Origin: an uncultured Nitrososphaerales archaeon
GTDB lineage: Archaea > Thermoproteota > Nitrososphaeria > Nitrososphaerales > Nitrososphaeraceae
Reading direction: 5' to 3'
DNA: 64,000 nt
Assembly: GCA_963695855.1 (NCBI GenBank)
Contig: CAVOHZ010000010.1
Span: 1,312,001 to 1,376,000 of the forward strand
Shown here: positions 1 through 11,000 of the stretch, piece by piece
How positions within the stretch are numbered: position 1 is the first letter of the stretch
Layout: the number at the start of each line of letters is the position of its first letter
Made by a program: the position numbers and the translations under genes
The notes under the pieces: generated by a model
Seen by the model: the letters and a program-made list of their open reading frames with translations, nothing else
Database searches by the model: none
Told to the model about the DNA's origin: nothing

Positions 1-83
1 TCTTCATTTCCTTGTATAGGAAATTGGTTTCATCTATAGAAACAAATCTTGAATATTAGCAAAAATATGACTCCACGAGTGAA

Positions 84-105
84 GCGCCGAGTGGGACTCG
101 ACACC
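84..105 (-). repeat. tRNA-3'-end-like fragment, third type (minus strand TCGAGT-CCCAC-TCGGCGC)
   Basis: Fits T-loop/T-stem/acceptor-strand spacing. Same orientation as most other att-like sites. Single copy only. Confidence 0.35.
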
Positions 106-287
106 AGAACTTTGGTTTTATGTATAGCTACTAGTCTCACAAGGTCTCTTTAAGATTGATGTATAAAATTATCAAAAATTTTTAAAAATACTATTTTTGA
201 TGAAGGAATTATAAAATATCTCTGAATTATTGTATTTCTATAAAAAATATTACAAATCATTTGGGGTAACAGAGCCTTGATACTATA

Positions 288-341
288 CGGGCTCAGAGGG
301 CTTCGAGTACTATATGTAATTGGGATTGGTTTTCTATTATT
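288..341 (+). repeat. att-like dispersed repeat, GGGCTCNGAGGGCTTCGA head, tail type II
   Basis: cgggctcagagggcttcgagtactatatgtaattgggat; homologous to 46998 and to 49843 (minus). Confidence 0.75.
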
Positions 342-673
342 TAATTTTATTTTTTACTATCAAGAATAGTGTAGACACAAAATGTTAACTCGGGGGGTTA
401 TGATTCGAACCCTACCCAAAATCTCAGGGGTTAATATCAAAAGTGTCAATACGTAATGCAGTTATTTAGATCAATATACCTGCACATATTTTCTATTATA
501 AATAAAGATAAACCACTTTATCGTAATTGCATATACAATAAGCCTCGTATCGACATCTCGGCTTGTATATCTGGAATGAAGAAAGTGATTTTTTCTAATA
601 CCTTTAACAAAAAAGTACAGTTTAAATTCAAGAATTAAAGTAAAATCCTAAATTTTAATAATGGATACACATT

Positions 674-1123
674 TTAACTTAATTTCTTGACTTTCCCTCT
701 GATTTTCCCATTTGGTTTATCCACTGTTAAAATATTTACATAGGCTTTTCCATCCTCTATTTTGTTGACTAATTCTTCAGTATCTTTTCCTTCTAACGGA
801 CCTTTAAGATCATGTGAACTTATATCCCCTTCACATAATTTGCCCGTAACTTCATCTTATGGAATTTCCTATTTATACAACTCTGCAATTATTTCTTCTC
901 CTTCACCGTATTTTCCTATATCAATATTGACTTGCTTTATCTTGCTCATTTCTGTAATCTTAACAGAGAAATTCAGATCACTATTATCTTGGGATTGAAA
1001 TGTCGCTAAGGCAGTATCTAAGGTATAAACTAGTGGAACTTGTTCTCTACCAGTAAGTATTGCGAAATAATCAACATATTCAATATCGTCATTATTCCTT
1101 TCATTATTATTAGAAAAATTCAT
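674..1123 (-). pseudogene. CHRD-domain protein with two in-frame stops
   Basis: N-terminus AILTGREQVP. Reading through TAG (869-871) and a TAA three codons later gives DLKGPLEGK...GKAYVNILTVDKPNGKIRGKV, the CHRD C-terminal motif. Confidence 0.75.
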
Positions 1124-1373
1124 GTGTTGATGAGCACACCATTTTAAATAGTTTCAGTACAACTTTATAGTAATTATTAATCTAATTAAATTATAGTCTC
1201 ATTATAATTAATTATCTTTTACAAAGTTTTTATATCATGATTCGTTTCTGGCAAAGACAAATTTTTTCTTAACTATTTGCCTGCTATGACCTCCAACACC
1301 AAAATAGCCTTTCTGTTATTGTAGTAAAAAAAGAAATCCTTTATTCTATTAGTTACTACTATATTGTATTACT

Positions 1374-1763
1374 ATGGCAAAATTTGTTGAAATGGACGAG
1401 AGAGTAAATTTTAAGGATCAGATTCAAGAAAAAGAAATTGAGGGTTCTGTAATTCTAATAAACAAATTCAATGTAGAACCAGATAAGGTTGACCAGTTTT
1501 TAAAGGATTGGGCAGAGGATGCTACTAACTTTAAACAGCAACCAGGATTTATTTTCACACAATTGCACAAAGGGATTGGAAAAAGTACCGTATTCATTAA
1601 TTATGCAGTTTGGGAATCCATAGAGCACTATAAGGAAGCGGTTAACAAAATAATATTTAGTTCCCATACAAAATCATCACTTTTAAAATATGATGATGAT
1701 AGTTTAGTAGTCTCGCCACATTTATTCAAGAAGGTCCATGTTCCAGGAATATGTGTAGAGTAA
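1374..1763 (+). CDS. Antibiotic biosynthesis monooxygenase (ABM) family protein
   Basis: VILINKFNV...FKQQPGFIFTQLH...FINYAVWES. Confidence 0.85.
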   Translation: MAKFVEMDERVNFKDQIQEKEIEGSVILINKFNVEPDKVDQFLKDWAEDATNFKQQPGFIFTQLHKGIGKSTVFINYAVWESIEHYKEAVNKIIFSSHTKSSLLKYDDDSLVVSPHLFKKVHVPGICVE

Positions 1764-1793
1764 TAGGTGAAAATATAAACTAAAGATGTATAG

Positions 1794-1840
1794 GGGCTCG
1801 GAGGTGTGTAAACCTATTTTCACACAATTTTGTAGTTCAA
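1794..1840 (+). repeat. att-like dispersed repeat, GGGCTCGGAGG head, dyad tail type I
   Basis: gggctcggaggtgtgtaaacctattttcacacaattttgtagttcaa; close to the 4129 copy. Confidence 0.8.
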
Positions 1841-2047
1841 TTCTATGGTTATAATGGATATTAGTTGAATGTGATCATTTTCTATCTAAATAAGTTTTTT
1901 TAATTTTAAAATAGAGAGATTATAAATATGAATGAATGTAAAATAAGAACATTATTTTAGTATAGTGATAACTATTAGCTAGTATCCTTGACAATGCTTT
2001 ATACTTTATAGAAAAATGTATGACTAAGTGTTGCTTACTTATTTCCT

Positions 2048-3685
2048 ATGGATGAAAGAGAAGGGCAACCACACGAAGAGGAAAATATTCCAGCATCCGG
2101 TTTGAGTCCTTTTAGTTCGAGTCTGTACAGGACGTTGTGGATTGCTGCTCTCTTTTTATTTATTGGGGCAGCTATGTATGATGTAGGGGCGTCGTGGTTA
2201 ATGACTTCACTTGCTCCAAATCCTTTATTCGTTTCTCTGATCACAACAGCGACTACTCTACCAATTTTTCTCTTTGCATTACCATCTGGGACATTATCTG
2301 ATATTTTTGACCGGCGTAGAATACTCCTTATTTCATGTGCATACATGTTTACAATATCCACAATACTGGGAATGCTCACTCTTGTTGGTGTGACTACCCC
2401 AACGGTATTGTTGATACTTACTTTTGCGCTAGGAGCAGGTATGACTATGATTAGGACTCCAATTATTCCTATCATGACTGGACTAGTATCAAGCTCAGAA
2501 ATACCTTCTGCTCTCACCCTTAGTGCTGTTGCTGGTAACATAGGGCGTATCATTGGCTTTGCAGTTGGTGGTTTTATTGTAGCAGCAATTGCACCTTGGG
2601 CTGTCTTTTTTCTTAATTCAGCTTCATTTATTGGAATGATTATAGTCCTGAGTAGATTACCAAGAAAGTCTCATGTGAACCAACAAAGTTCTCTGCCTCC
2701 TGAGAATATAATTCGAGCTATTCGAGCTCAGATACGTTATGTACGCTATTCTCAAGCAGCACATGTATTAATAGTCCGTGCAGGTTTATTCACATTATGT
2801 AGTAGTGCATTATTATCTCTCTTGCCACTCTTAGCTAAAAATGAATTAGGACTTGATTCGACAGGTTTTGGACTTTTATTAGGATCTTTTGCTATGGGTG
2901 CAATAATTGGTGGAATTGTAATTTTGCCAAAATTGCGATCTAAGGTTTCAGTAGAATCTCTTATTACAGGTTCCATAGGGTTACTTGCAATGGTAATATT
3001 CACAACGGGATATATACGAGATTTTGCTATTCTTTGTATAGTCCTAGGGCTAGGAGGAGTAGCTTACATCACGATATTATCCAGATTTTATACCATTGGA
3101 ATGAAATCTGCGCCAAAGTGGATTGGAGCCAGAGTACTAGCAGTTTATCTGCTTGTACTAAATGGTGGTTTAGCAGTTGGAAGTATAATATGGGGTACAA
3201 TAGCTAACACATTTGGCATCCCAATCACCCTATCAGTAGCTTCGTTAGCCTTAGGTGCAACCATTATCGCTAGTAAGCGTTACAGCACTACTTTGTTGAA
3301 TGACCTCGATTTTACAGCAGCAAGTGACCACTGGTCACTTCCTTCTGAGCTCACAGTTGATCTTTCACAAAATGATAGTCAAGCCCTAATAACAATCGAC
3401 TATAAGATTGATCCTAAATTATCTGACGAGTTCGAACAGAGTGTACGTGAGTTAGGACGTATTCTTAAGAGCGAGGGAATGGCCTATTGGGAATTATTCC
3501 AGGACCCAGCAGATATTGGTCACTATATCGAAATCAGAATTGCAGATACATGGACTGACCATATGCGTCAGCATGAACGCGTTACCAAGAACGTTCAGAT
3601 TATGGAAGATAGAATCCGATTACTTCTCAAAGACGGCCCGCAACCAATAATCTCTCATTATATCGGAAAATCGACTCCTAAATAG
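2048..3685 (+). CDS. MFS transporter (MFS_3/DUF894 type with C-terminal soluble domain)
   Basis: About 12 TM segments; GTLSDIFDRRR motif A; C-terminal WELFQDP...W.DHMRQHER. Confidence 0.9.
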   Translation: MDEREGQPHEEENIPASGLSPFSSSLYRTLWIAALFLFIGAAMYDVGASWLMTSLAPNPLFVSLITTATTLPIFLFALPSGTLSDIFDRRRILLISCAYMFTISTILGMLTLVGVTTPTVLLILTFALGAGMTMIRTPIIPIMTGLVSSSEIPSALTLSAVAGNIGRIIGFAVGGFIVAAIAPWAVFFLNSASFIGMIIVLSRLPRKSHVNQQSSLPPENIIRAIRAQIRYVRYSQAAHVLIVRAGLFTLCSSALLSLLPLLAKNELGLDSTGFGLLLGSFAMGAIIGGIVILPKLRSKVSVESLITGSIGLLAMVIFTTGYIRDFAILCIVLGLGGVAYITILSRFYTIGMKSAPKWIGARVLAVYLLVLNGGLAVGSIIWGTIANTFGIPITLSVASLALGATIIASKRYSTTLLNDLDFTAASDHWSLPSELTVDLSQNDSQALITIDYKIDPKLSDEFEQSVRELGRILKSEGMAYWELFQDPADIGHYIEIRIADTWTDHMRQHERVTKNVQIMEDRIRLLLKDGPQPIISHYIGKSTPK

Positions 3686-3759
3686 TTCACTCGCCTACAT
3701 TGGCTCCACTTTTTTCCAGATATTTGAGTCAAAATTGCCATAATTTCATTATTCCTTTC

Positions 3760-3980
3760 CAATCTAAATTGCGGATCTTAGGAAAGAATTGAATTCTGGT
3801 TAAATATTAAGACTTAGACCATTTGGAAAAACACTACAATATGGCTTAGATAATGTAAAAATTGATCCCAAACATGGCTACGCTATATGGATAGAAGAGG
3901 ATTTATTGTACTCCTCCATTAGTCATGGAAAGAGAAAGTGTTCTTGATAAATATTTTGAGGATATTACAGTTCATCTTAT
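3760..3980 (+). pseudogene. Decayed conserved hypothetical protein
   Basis: Frameshifted pieces read PFGKTLQYGL...YAIWIEED / YCTPPLVMERESVLDKYFEDITV. Boundaries approximate. Confidence 0.4.
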
Positions 3981-4128
3981 TGCCTCAAAAAAAAGGCTAG
4001 ATAGGATTGACAATATTTCTGGACTTGACTAAATAGAATGGAATATTGAATTAAAAAAGAAAGCCAATAATTAAATCGTAAATTATTATTAAATGGAGCT
4101 TTAGATTTACAGATCGTTGCAATTATCC

Positions 4129-4175
4129 GGGCTCGGAGGTGTGTGAACTGATTTTGACACAATTTTGTAGTTCAA
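4129..4175 (+). repeat. att-like dispersed repeat, GGGCTCGGAGG head, dyad tail type I
   Basis: gggctcggaggtgtgtgaactgattttgacacaattttgtagttcaa. Confidence 0.8.
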
Positions 4176-4246
4176 AATAAATCATTTTTTAAAAAGAAAT
4201 AATCTTTTGATCTAACTTATAGTATTCTACTTAACTAATAATACTA

Positions 4247-4681
4247 GTGCCAGAAATGTCTAAAGATGAAATTAGAAATTTTCTTTTGCAAGGAACTTTT
4301 ACAGGAAAACTAGGAACAATTAACAAGAATGGGACACCACATGTAGTTCCAATATGGTTTACCCTAGACGATGAAGATAATATCATATTTAATACTGGTA
4401 GCAAATCCATAAAAGCAAAAAATATTCAACGTGACAATCTAGTTCGTTTATGTGTAGACGATCAAGTTCCACTTTTCTCATTTGTTACTATTGATGGTAT
4501 TGCAGAAATAATTAGTAATAAGCCAATTGAAATTTTTAAGTGGGCTAAAATAATAGCAGCAAGGTATATGGGTGATGATAAAGCAGAAGAGTATGGTAAG
4601 AGAAATAGTTCAGAAGGAGAACTCCTTTTAAAAATAAAACCAACCAAAGTTATTGGTCAAAAAGATATAGCAGGATGGTAA
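4247..4681 (+). CDS. PPOX-class F420-dependent oxidoreductase
   Basis: GKLGTINKNGTPHVVPIWF...KAKNIQRD..V.LCVDD. Confidence 0.9.
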   Translation: MPEMSKDEIRNFLLQGTFTGKLGTINKNGTPHVVPIWFTLDDEDNIIFNTGSKSIKAKNIQRDNLVRLCVDDQVPLFSFVTIDGIAEIISNKPIEIFKWAKIIAARYMGDDKAEEYGKRNSSEGELLLKIKPTKVIGQKDIAGW

Positions 4682-4770
4682 TTAATTCAACTTTTCATAA
4701 AGAATCTATTTTTTTTATCTATTCCAAATTAAATGTTAAAACATATTTCATAAGTGATTGATATTATAGT

Positions 4771-4787
4771 TGTTCTGAGTGCTTCGA
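4771..4787 (+). repeat. Degenerate att-like head only
   Basis: tgttctgagtgcttcga versus ggttctgagggcttcga. Confidence 0.4.
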
Positions 4788-4888
4788 CGATTACATTATT
4801 GAAATTTGTAAACTGGTATTCAGCTATTTGGTAACTTATTTTAAATACTCGTCATAAAATTTCTGATAGAACTATTAAGAAACAAAAG

Positions 4889-4936
4889 GAATTCAGTGGG
4901 ATTTGAACCCTTCTATCAAGTGGGACCAGTTATTTT
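4889..4936 (+). repeat. att-like repeat of second tRNA type (AGTGGGATTTGAACCC...GGGACCAG)
   Basis: Reverse complement gggttcaaatcccact is a canonical T-arm. Homologous to 31686-31727. Confidence 0.7.
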
Positions 4937-5320
4937 TGAATAAATATTATTATCTATCTATTCTTTAATTTTGCATTCTTATTTTGAATTTTTACTACTT
5001 TTGCTTATTGTTTTACGTTAAATACTCCACAACTATTATTTGCACATAAAATAACGATTCTAGATGGTATTGTGTGTGCCCTATAAATATATAGAGATAG
5101 ATATTACATTTCCAAAATCAAGAAAGAATGATTGTAATCCTTCTCGAATAAGAAGTTTTTTTAAGATGTATCATTTTTCTTAGATAACATAAAGTTAGGA
5201 ATCTGTCCGTACTTTAACCACCAAAATTGTAGTAAATTTATATCTTCTTAAGGAAACGATTATCAAACTTTTTCTATTTTAACCAAAAATCTTATCTCTT
5301 ACTTATCACTTTTTTATATA

Positions 5321-8224
5321 ATGTTAAATAACAAGACAGCTAAAAACTGTAATGACATTTTTTTAATTTTTGTTAGTATTAGTCTCATTATACCACTTTT
5401 GATGTTTTTTATTCCTGCATCATATGGTCAAGGCCCTGATGAACCTTTAGAGGAGATACTTAATGAAACTGTTAGTTCCTCAAATGCCACAGATCAACAA
5501 GGACTAGAAGAAGAACAACCACCATCAGAAGAACAACAACAACAACAAGAACAACAAACATGTCTTGAAGGTGAAGTACTCAATCTAGAGACACTGACAT
5601 GTGAGCCAGCTACAACAGTAGAAGGACTAGAAGAAGAACAACCACCATCAGAAGAACAACAACAACAACAAGAACAACAAACATGTCTTGAAGGTGAAGT
5701 ACTCAATCTAGAGACACTGACATGTGAGCCAGCTACAACAGTAGAAGGAGAAGGAGGAGAACAAGAACAAGTACCTGCAGCAAATACTACAGCAGAAACA
5801 ACAACAACAGATACTACAGGTACAGAAACAACTACTGATCAAAACCAAACAACAACAACAACACCAACAGACCTAGCAGAGCTAATAACAACTCAAGAAA
5901 CAACTACTGATCAAAACCAAACAACAACAACAACGCCAACAGACCTAGCAGAGATAATAACAACTCAAGAAACAACTACTGATCAAAACCAAACAACACC
6001 TAAAGCACCAATAACACCTAAAGCACCAATAACACCTAAAGCACCAATAACAGCTACTGATCAAAAACAAACAACAACAATACAGAAAGAGATCACCTGT
6101 AATCCCTCCGAGGAGTTATTGAAGAAAGGCTCTTCTGGAAATGCAGTTGAGACTCTACAAACTATTCTTCAAGGAATGGGTTATTATACAGATGACATAG
6201 ACCAAAAATTTGGACCAAATACTGAAAAAGCAGTTAAACAATTCCAAAAGAAAAATGATTTGAAGCCAATAGATGGTAAAGTTGGAAAAATTACATGGGC
6301 AAAGTTATGTGCATTATATAATAAGAAAAATATAGTCACACAACAACAACAACCAACGGCTACAGACTTAGAACAGCTAACAGTAACAGGCCAAAGCCCA
6401 CCAACAGCAACAGGAACAACTAGTACTGGTGCAGTAGCAACACCAAAAGCAACTAAACCTTTTTATCAATCACAACAGTTCAATTGTGATCCTAAATCTG
6501 CCACTTTGCAAGTTCCTGCAAAAGGGAATAAAGTTATAGAATTGCAGACATATTTGACTGACTTGGGGTATGGTGATTTACTAGACCCAGAAAAAATCGA
6601 TGGAAAATTTGGGCCACATACAAAAAATTCGGTAATGGCGTATCAAAAAGATTTTGGTTTATCTGTTGACGGAAAGGTTGGTCCTCAAACTTGGGGTTCG
6701 CTCTGTGAACAAATTTCATTGTTGCCTACAACATTTCATAAGAGTTCCGCAACAACAACATCAACACCAACCTCTGAAGATGGTCAAGCCAATACTGCTA
6801 CGCCTACTGGTGTAGTTCTGCAGTACTACTGTAGTCCCTCATCTCCCACTTTAAAGATAGAAGCAAAAGGATCAGCAGTTACTAACTTACAGAAGATACT
6901 AATAGATTTGGGATATGATGTTGGGTCTAATGGTGCTGACGGTGACTTTGGAGGAGATACTCAAAAAGCAGTCATAAAATTCCAGCAAGACAAAGGATTA
7001 GAGAAAGTTAACGGGGAAGTGGGACCAGAGACATGGGAGGCATTATGTGCAGCTGCATCTCCAGCATCTTCTACTACACCGGCAGCATCTTCTACTACAC
7101 CGGCAGCATCAGAGGTAGATTGTGATCCCTCAAACGCTGAGATAGTACATCCGAGTAAGGTATACCAAAAGGGAATGTGGTCGTTTACTTATGGAGTCTT
7201 TAAGGGGCAAGGATTAACCATAAAACCTCTTTTTGCTAACCACAACCTGCTTCTTGATAGCCTAAGTGTACCACACTTCAAAATCGATTATGGAGGAGGA
7301 AAATCAAAAATCGTAAGATTCTGCAACGATGAAAATACTTTTCCACCTGAGATTTTTAGCGAAGTCAACCAAGCAAAGAAAAAATATGACAGGTTAGAGT
7401 GGGGTTTTAAAAAGGTCATAAATGAGCCGGATCTGAAAGGAGTGTTGCATATTCTCTATAATATTATTATAAGAACAGATCCAGTGACCAACTGCGAATT
7501 CTCTACTGCCGAATGTTATAGATTTATACCGATGATCACATTCAGTTGGTCCGGATGGGCAGGAGTAGGTCAGGATCCTATTGGTCCACTTCCTGAAAAA
7601 TTTGACAAGTTTACAGTATTCTACAAGTTAGATTATGGCGAAAATTCTGGATTAGTAGAGTTTAGGGACTATAATTTTAACATTGCCAACCTTTATGCAA
7701 GTGGGTTCAGAGATTTCGTCCCAAATGAAATTAATCTACGAGCGGTAACAAATGGTCAAGAGGGAAAGACTGATAATTTTCATAATGCACACTTGGGGCA
7801 GGATGTCATGCTTCCAGGATGTAGATCAACAGCTGGAGATTGTCTCCATATTCATTGGAGGTGGGGAGATATGACTCCTACGATAGATCCTTTGGTCGAC
7901 ACAGTAACTGATATGCCAGTGGATGACAGCAAAGAAGGTAAACCATATCTGGTTCCAGGACAAACTATTGATGTCACAATAGCTAGATATCATCCTCAGG
8001 AGGCGTTTTCCACGGATCCAACCACATTAGTTAACGGTGAGATAGTTGGTTCTACAAAAAGAGAAGATTATCCAGATCCAGCGACGGGGTTGCCTCCTGT
8101 AAGCGTGATTCGTACGCTCGCTTCTTCACAACATCCCGTTGTCTGGTACATGGCATCAGTGTCAGATTCAAACGAGAACGAGTTTTTCAGACATGGAATG
8201 TTTGTCTTAGACAGCACAAAATAA
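5321..8224 (+). CDS. Secreted/surface protein with three PG_binding_1 domains, Thr/Gln-rich repeats and an unknown C-terminal domain
   Basis: N-terminal signal/TM segment. Three copies of L..G..G..V..LQ..L...GY.....DG.FG..T..AV..FQ....L..DG.VG..TW..L. Confidence 0.88.
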   Translation: MLNNKTAKNCNDIFLIFVSISLIIPLLMFFIPASYGQGPDEPLEEILNETVSSSNATDQQGLEEEQPPSEEQQQQQEQQTCLEGEVLNLETLTCEPATTVEGLEEEQPPSEEQQQQQEQQTCLEGEVLNLETLTCEPATTVEGEGGEQEQVPAANTTAETTTTDTTGTETTTDQNQTTTTTPTDLAELITTQETTTDQNQTTTTTPTDLAEIITTQETTTDQNQTTPKAPITPKAPITPKAPITATDQKQTTTIQKEITCNPSEELLKKGSSGNAVETLQTILQGMGYYTDDIDQKFGPNTEKAVKQFQKKNDLKPIDGKVGKITWAKLCALYNKKNIVTQQQQPTATDLEQLTVTGQSPPTATGTTSTGAVATPKATKPFYQSQQFNCDPKSATLQVPAKGNKVIELQTYLTDLGYGDLLDPEKIDGKFGPHTKNSVMAYQKDFGLSVDGKVGPQTWGSLCEQISLLPTTFHKSSATTTSTPTSEDGQANTATPTGVVLQYYCSPSSPTLKIEAKGSAVTNLQKILIDLGYDVGSNGADGDFGGDTQKAVIKFQQDKGLEKVNGEVGPETWEALCAAASPASSTTPAASSTTPAASEVDCDPSNAEIVHPSKVYQKGMWSFTYGVFKGQGLTIKPLFANHNLLLDSLSVPHFKIDYGGGKSKIVRFCNDENTFPPEIFSEVNQAKKKYDRLEWGFKKVINEPDLKGVLHILYNIIIRTDPVTNCEFSTAECYRFIPMITFSWSGWAGVGQDPIGPLPEKFDKFTVFYKLDYGENSGLVEFRDYNFNIANLYASGFRDFVPNEINLRAVTNGQEGKTDNFHNAHLGQDVMLPGCRSTAGDCLHIHWRWGDMTPTIDPLVDTVTDMPVDDSKEGKPYLVPGQTIDVTIARYHPQEAFSTDPTTLVNGEIVGSTKREDYPDPATGLPPVSVIRTLASSQHPVVWYMASVSDSNENEFFRHGMFVLDSTK
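5501..5746 (+). repeat. 123-bp intragenic tandem duplication (41 aa x2)
   Basis: Units start at 5501 and 5624. Further 63-bp and 15-bp Thr/Pro-rich repeats follow at about 5825-6050. Confidence 0.9.
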
Positions 8225-8653
8225 TGAAGCAAACTGTGACTCCTTACATCATCGAAACGATTCTCCATACTAAAGGTTCCTGGGGTAGTCCCTGTCAGCC
8301 CCCTACAGCCGTGCGATAGAAAAGGTAGAGGATACCTTGAACACATTTATAGCCCATCCTCAACTGTTAAGCCAGAAAGAGGTCATTTTCAAGAGCCGTT
8401 ACTTTATATGGGTAACATAAAATAATAAAATGGAGCTCCTTTACATATGAGTTCTTTTTTTTGTAAGTCTAGAATTACCTCATCATTACTATGACTAATA
8501 TTATGTACAGTAAAACTTTGAGCCATTATTTGTTGACAATCGTAATCATGTTGTTACTTGTTTATAAGAACTATGTGTAATAACATGAACAGTACGGAGG
8601 ATATAGGATATAATACCTACCTTTTGAAATTTATTATTATTCTTAAAATAGAT

Positions 8654-9706
8654 TTATAATTTTTGTGGCGTCGTTATCAGTTTTCCAAATAATTGTGATT
8701 CCATCATTTTTATGTGACCCATTACCATATTTTCAAAAGGATAAACTGTATCTATTATTACTTTTAATTTTCCTTTGTTTATCCATTTAATAACTTCATC
8801 TAGTTCTGCACGACTTCCTTGGGTAAATCCAAGAATATTTAGACCTCTAAAGAAGAGATATCTCAAGTCTATTTCTGAATCATATCCTGTTGTTGCTCCT
8901 GTAGATACTAAAGTTCCACCCATTTTTAAGAGGCTAACTTCTTTTGGAAATACAGATTTACCTGTATGTTCAAAAATAACATCTATGCCTCCTTGATTAT
9001 TTGTTAAATTTCTAACTTTCTTGTACCAATCAGGTTCTCTATGGTTTACAACATGATCAGCACCTAATTCAAGACATTTATCCATTTTTTCCTGTGAACC
9101 AGCCGTAGCAATAACATCACAATTGAATAACTTTGCAATCTGAATACCTGCTATTCCCATACCACTTCCGCCTCCCATAATCAAAACGGTTTGCCCTGGT
9201 TGAATATTAGCTCTAGTAACTAACATGTGCCAAGAAGTTACTCCCACCATAGAAATAGCTGCTGCATCTTCAAACGAAACATTATCAGGAACTTTTATAA
9301 CATTGACTTCTGGTAAATATGTATATTGAGCAAATCCTCCCCATAAAGGACCTGTTTGAAAACCCCATACTTGTCTATGACGACAATCATATTCTTTTCC
9401 AGAAGTACATTCCTTACATATTCTACAGGTTAAAGTAGAATGCCCCACTATTCTATCTCCTATTTTAATATCTAAAACATTTTCTCCCACATCTACTACT
9501 GTACCTGAAACATCACTCCCAGAAATGTGAGGAAGAGGAATCTTAATAGGTTCTCCCCATATTCCCCAAAGATCATCATAATTATAAGAAGCTGCTTCAA
9601 CTTTTATAAGAACTTGGTTATGCTTGATTTTCGGAATTTCTATCTCTTCTATTTTTACAACTTTTCTTGGATCTTTATTATGTTCATGATATACAGCTGC
9701 CTTCAT
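8654..9706 (-). CDS. Zinc-binding MDR alcohol dehydrogenase/enoyl-reductase family
   Basis: PHISGSDVSG; structural Zn CRICKEC...C; GGGSGMG. Thaumarchaeal family that includes acryloyl-CoA reductase candidates. Confidence 0.9.
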   Translation of the reverse strand: MKAAVYHEHNKDPRKVVKIEEIEIPKIKHNQVLIKVEAASYNYDDLWGIWGEPIKIPLPHISGSDVSGTVVDVGENVLDIKIGDRIVGHSTLTCRICKECTSGKEYDCRHRQVWGFQTGPLWGGFAQYTYLPEVNVIKVPDNVSFEDAAAISMVGVTSWHMLVTRANIQPGQTVLIMGGGSGMGIAGIQIAKLFNCDVIATAGSQEKMDKCLELGADHVVNHREPDWYKKVRNLTNNQGGIDVIFEHTGKSVFPKEVSLLKMGGTLVSTGATTGYDSEIDLRYLFFRGLNILGFTQGSRAELDEVIKWINKGKLKVIIDTVYPFENMVMGHIKMMESQLFGKLITTPQKL

Positions 9707-9980
9707 TTCACTAAAAAATATACAATAGGAAATTTAAAGAATAGGTTTACAAAGTATTAAAAAATAATTATCACAAGAGAAAAAAAAACAATCTGCAACG
9801 ATAAATCTAAAGTAATTTAAAGCAAGAAGGAGATTGTAAAAAATCTGCCTGTTTGTAAATTAAGAGAGTTAATTGGATATCATATCCTCGGTTATTAGTA
9901 ATATATTACAAAATATATTTTGCGTTTGAATTGAATTTAGTTATATAACAAAAACTTATAGCTGTAAAGAGACGATAATC

Positions 9981-10009
9981 AACTGATTTTGACACAAATT
10001 TGTAGTTCA
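9981..10009 (+). repeat. Half copy of type I tail (head lost)
   Basis: aactgattttgacacaaatttgtagttca. Confidence 0.7.
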
Positions 10010-10192
10010 CAAAAAAGAAATAGTTTATCAAATTTAAGTCTGGCAACATTGCTGCACTGCATTAACTGCAAAATTTACTAATAAAATTTCTTACAGGTGA
10101 TACGTTAGACATTTCGCCAGGGATATCTTCAGATTTATAATTCAATCTAGTAACCTATTTTGTTTCAAAAAATATTATGGTTTTGATTTAAT

Positions 10193-10552
10193 CTAGACAA
10201 TACTTTTACTTACTAATTTTTTGCTTTGCCATAAACCAAAAGTATTTTGTTGCTGATCTTGTAATGTAGCATAAAAACCTTCAGATATCTCCTTTTTGTT
10301 AATTAACATCTTTGCACCTTGTTTTTGAGATTTAGTTATAAAGTCATCTATTGATTCTACCATAATATAAAATGTAGGAGTTTGATTATTTTCTCTTTTT
10401 GAAGTTATTGCTCCTTTTATTCCAGCATTTTTTATTAACCAATACTTTCCTCCTCCTCCTCCTCCTCCACTTTTCTCAAATTTCCAGCCAAACATATTCG
10501 AATAGAATTTTTTTGTTTCTTCAATGTTGTCTGTTGGTATTTCTATATATCT
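10193..10552 (-). pseudogene. VOC/glyoxalase family protein with damaged 5' end
   Basis: Frame extends upstream as YIEIPTDNIEETKKFYSNMFGW with no usable start; C-terminus D...NTFGLWQ. Confidence 0.7.
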
Positions 10553-10581
10553 ATCCTATTTGATATAATTACATAATAGTA

Positions 10582-10986
10582 ATGAAACATCAGGTAATCA
10601 TTCCACAATTTGTAAGTAATGAATCTTTTAGAAATTATATTCCGCAAACTGTCAAAATTCAAAAAGGAGATGCTATAACATGGATCAATACGGATAATGA
10701 ATCTCACCATCTATACTTTGTTAAAATTGATCCTGACCCAACAAATATTGAAGTATTAGATGAAAAGCTGTATCTAAACTCTGGAGAATTAGGAGAAGTT
10801 ATTTTTAATTATAATTATGAACGAATAGATTATGTATGTAAAATGCATAGAAGAGAAGTTAATAGTATTACTATTTTTACTGAAGACTATGAAAATATGA
10901 GCAATATTCAAAGATTAAGATATCTTCATAAGAGATATAATATCAAGATTCCCAACCTGTCAAGCTATCTTGATGGAAATAGATAA
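10582..10986 (+). CDS. Cupredoxin-like domain protein without signal peptide
   Basis: YIPQTVKIQKGDAITWINTDNESHH...DYVCKMH. Confidence 0.7.
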   Translation: MKHQVIIPQFVSNESFRNYIPQTVKIQKGDAITWINTDNESHHLYFVKIDPDPTNIEVLDEKLYLNSGELGEVIFNYNYERIDYVCKMHRREVNSITIFTEDYENMSNIQRLRYLHKRYNIKIPNLSSYLDGNR

Positions 10987-11000
10987 TTGGTGTAAATATA

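Noticed and set aside
391-413. ggggggttatgattcgaaccc as another tRNA-derived site
   Set aside because: A T-loop-like core is present, but the T-stem does not pair and there is no second copy.
2035-2553. 172-aa minus-strand ORF and similar overlapping ORFs (e.g. 5494-5706, 32141-32609, 60025-60441)
   Set aside because: Shadow frames of well-supported genes. The Cys-rich 5494 ORF is the antisense of CAA/GAA repeats.
8226-8400. GC-elevated segment after the peptidoglycan-binding gene as a structured RNA
   Set aside because: No convincing stems or known motif found by eye. It would need a covariance search.
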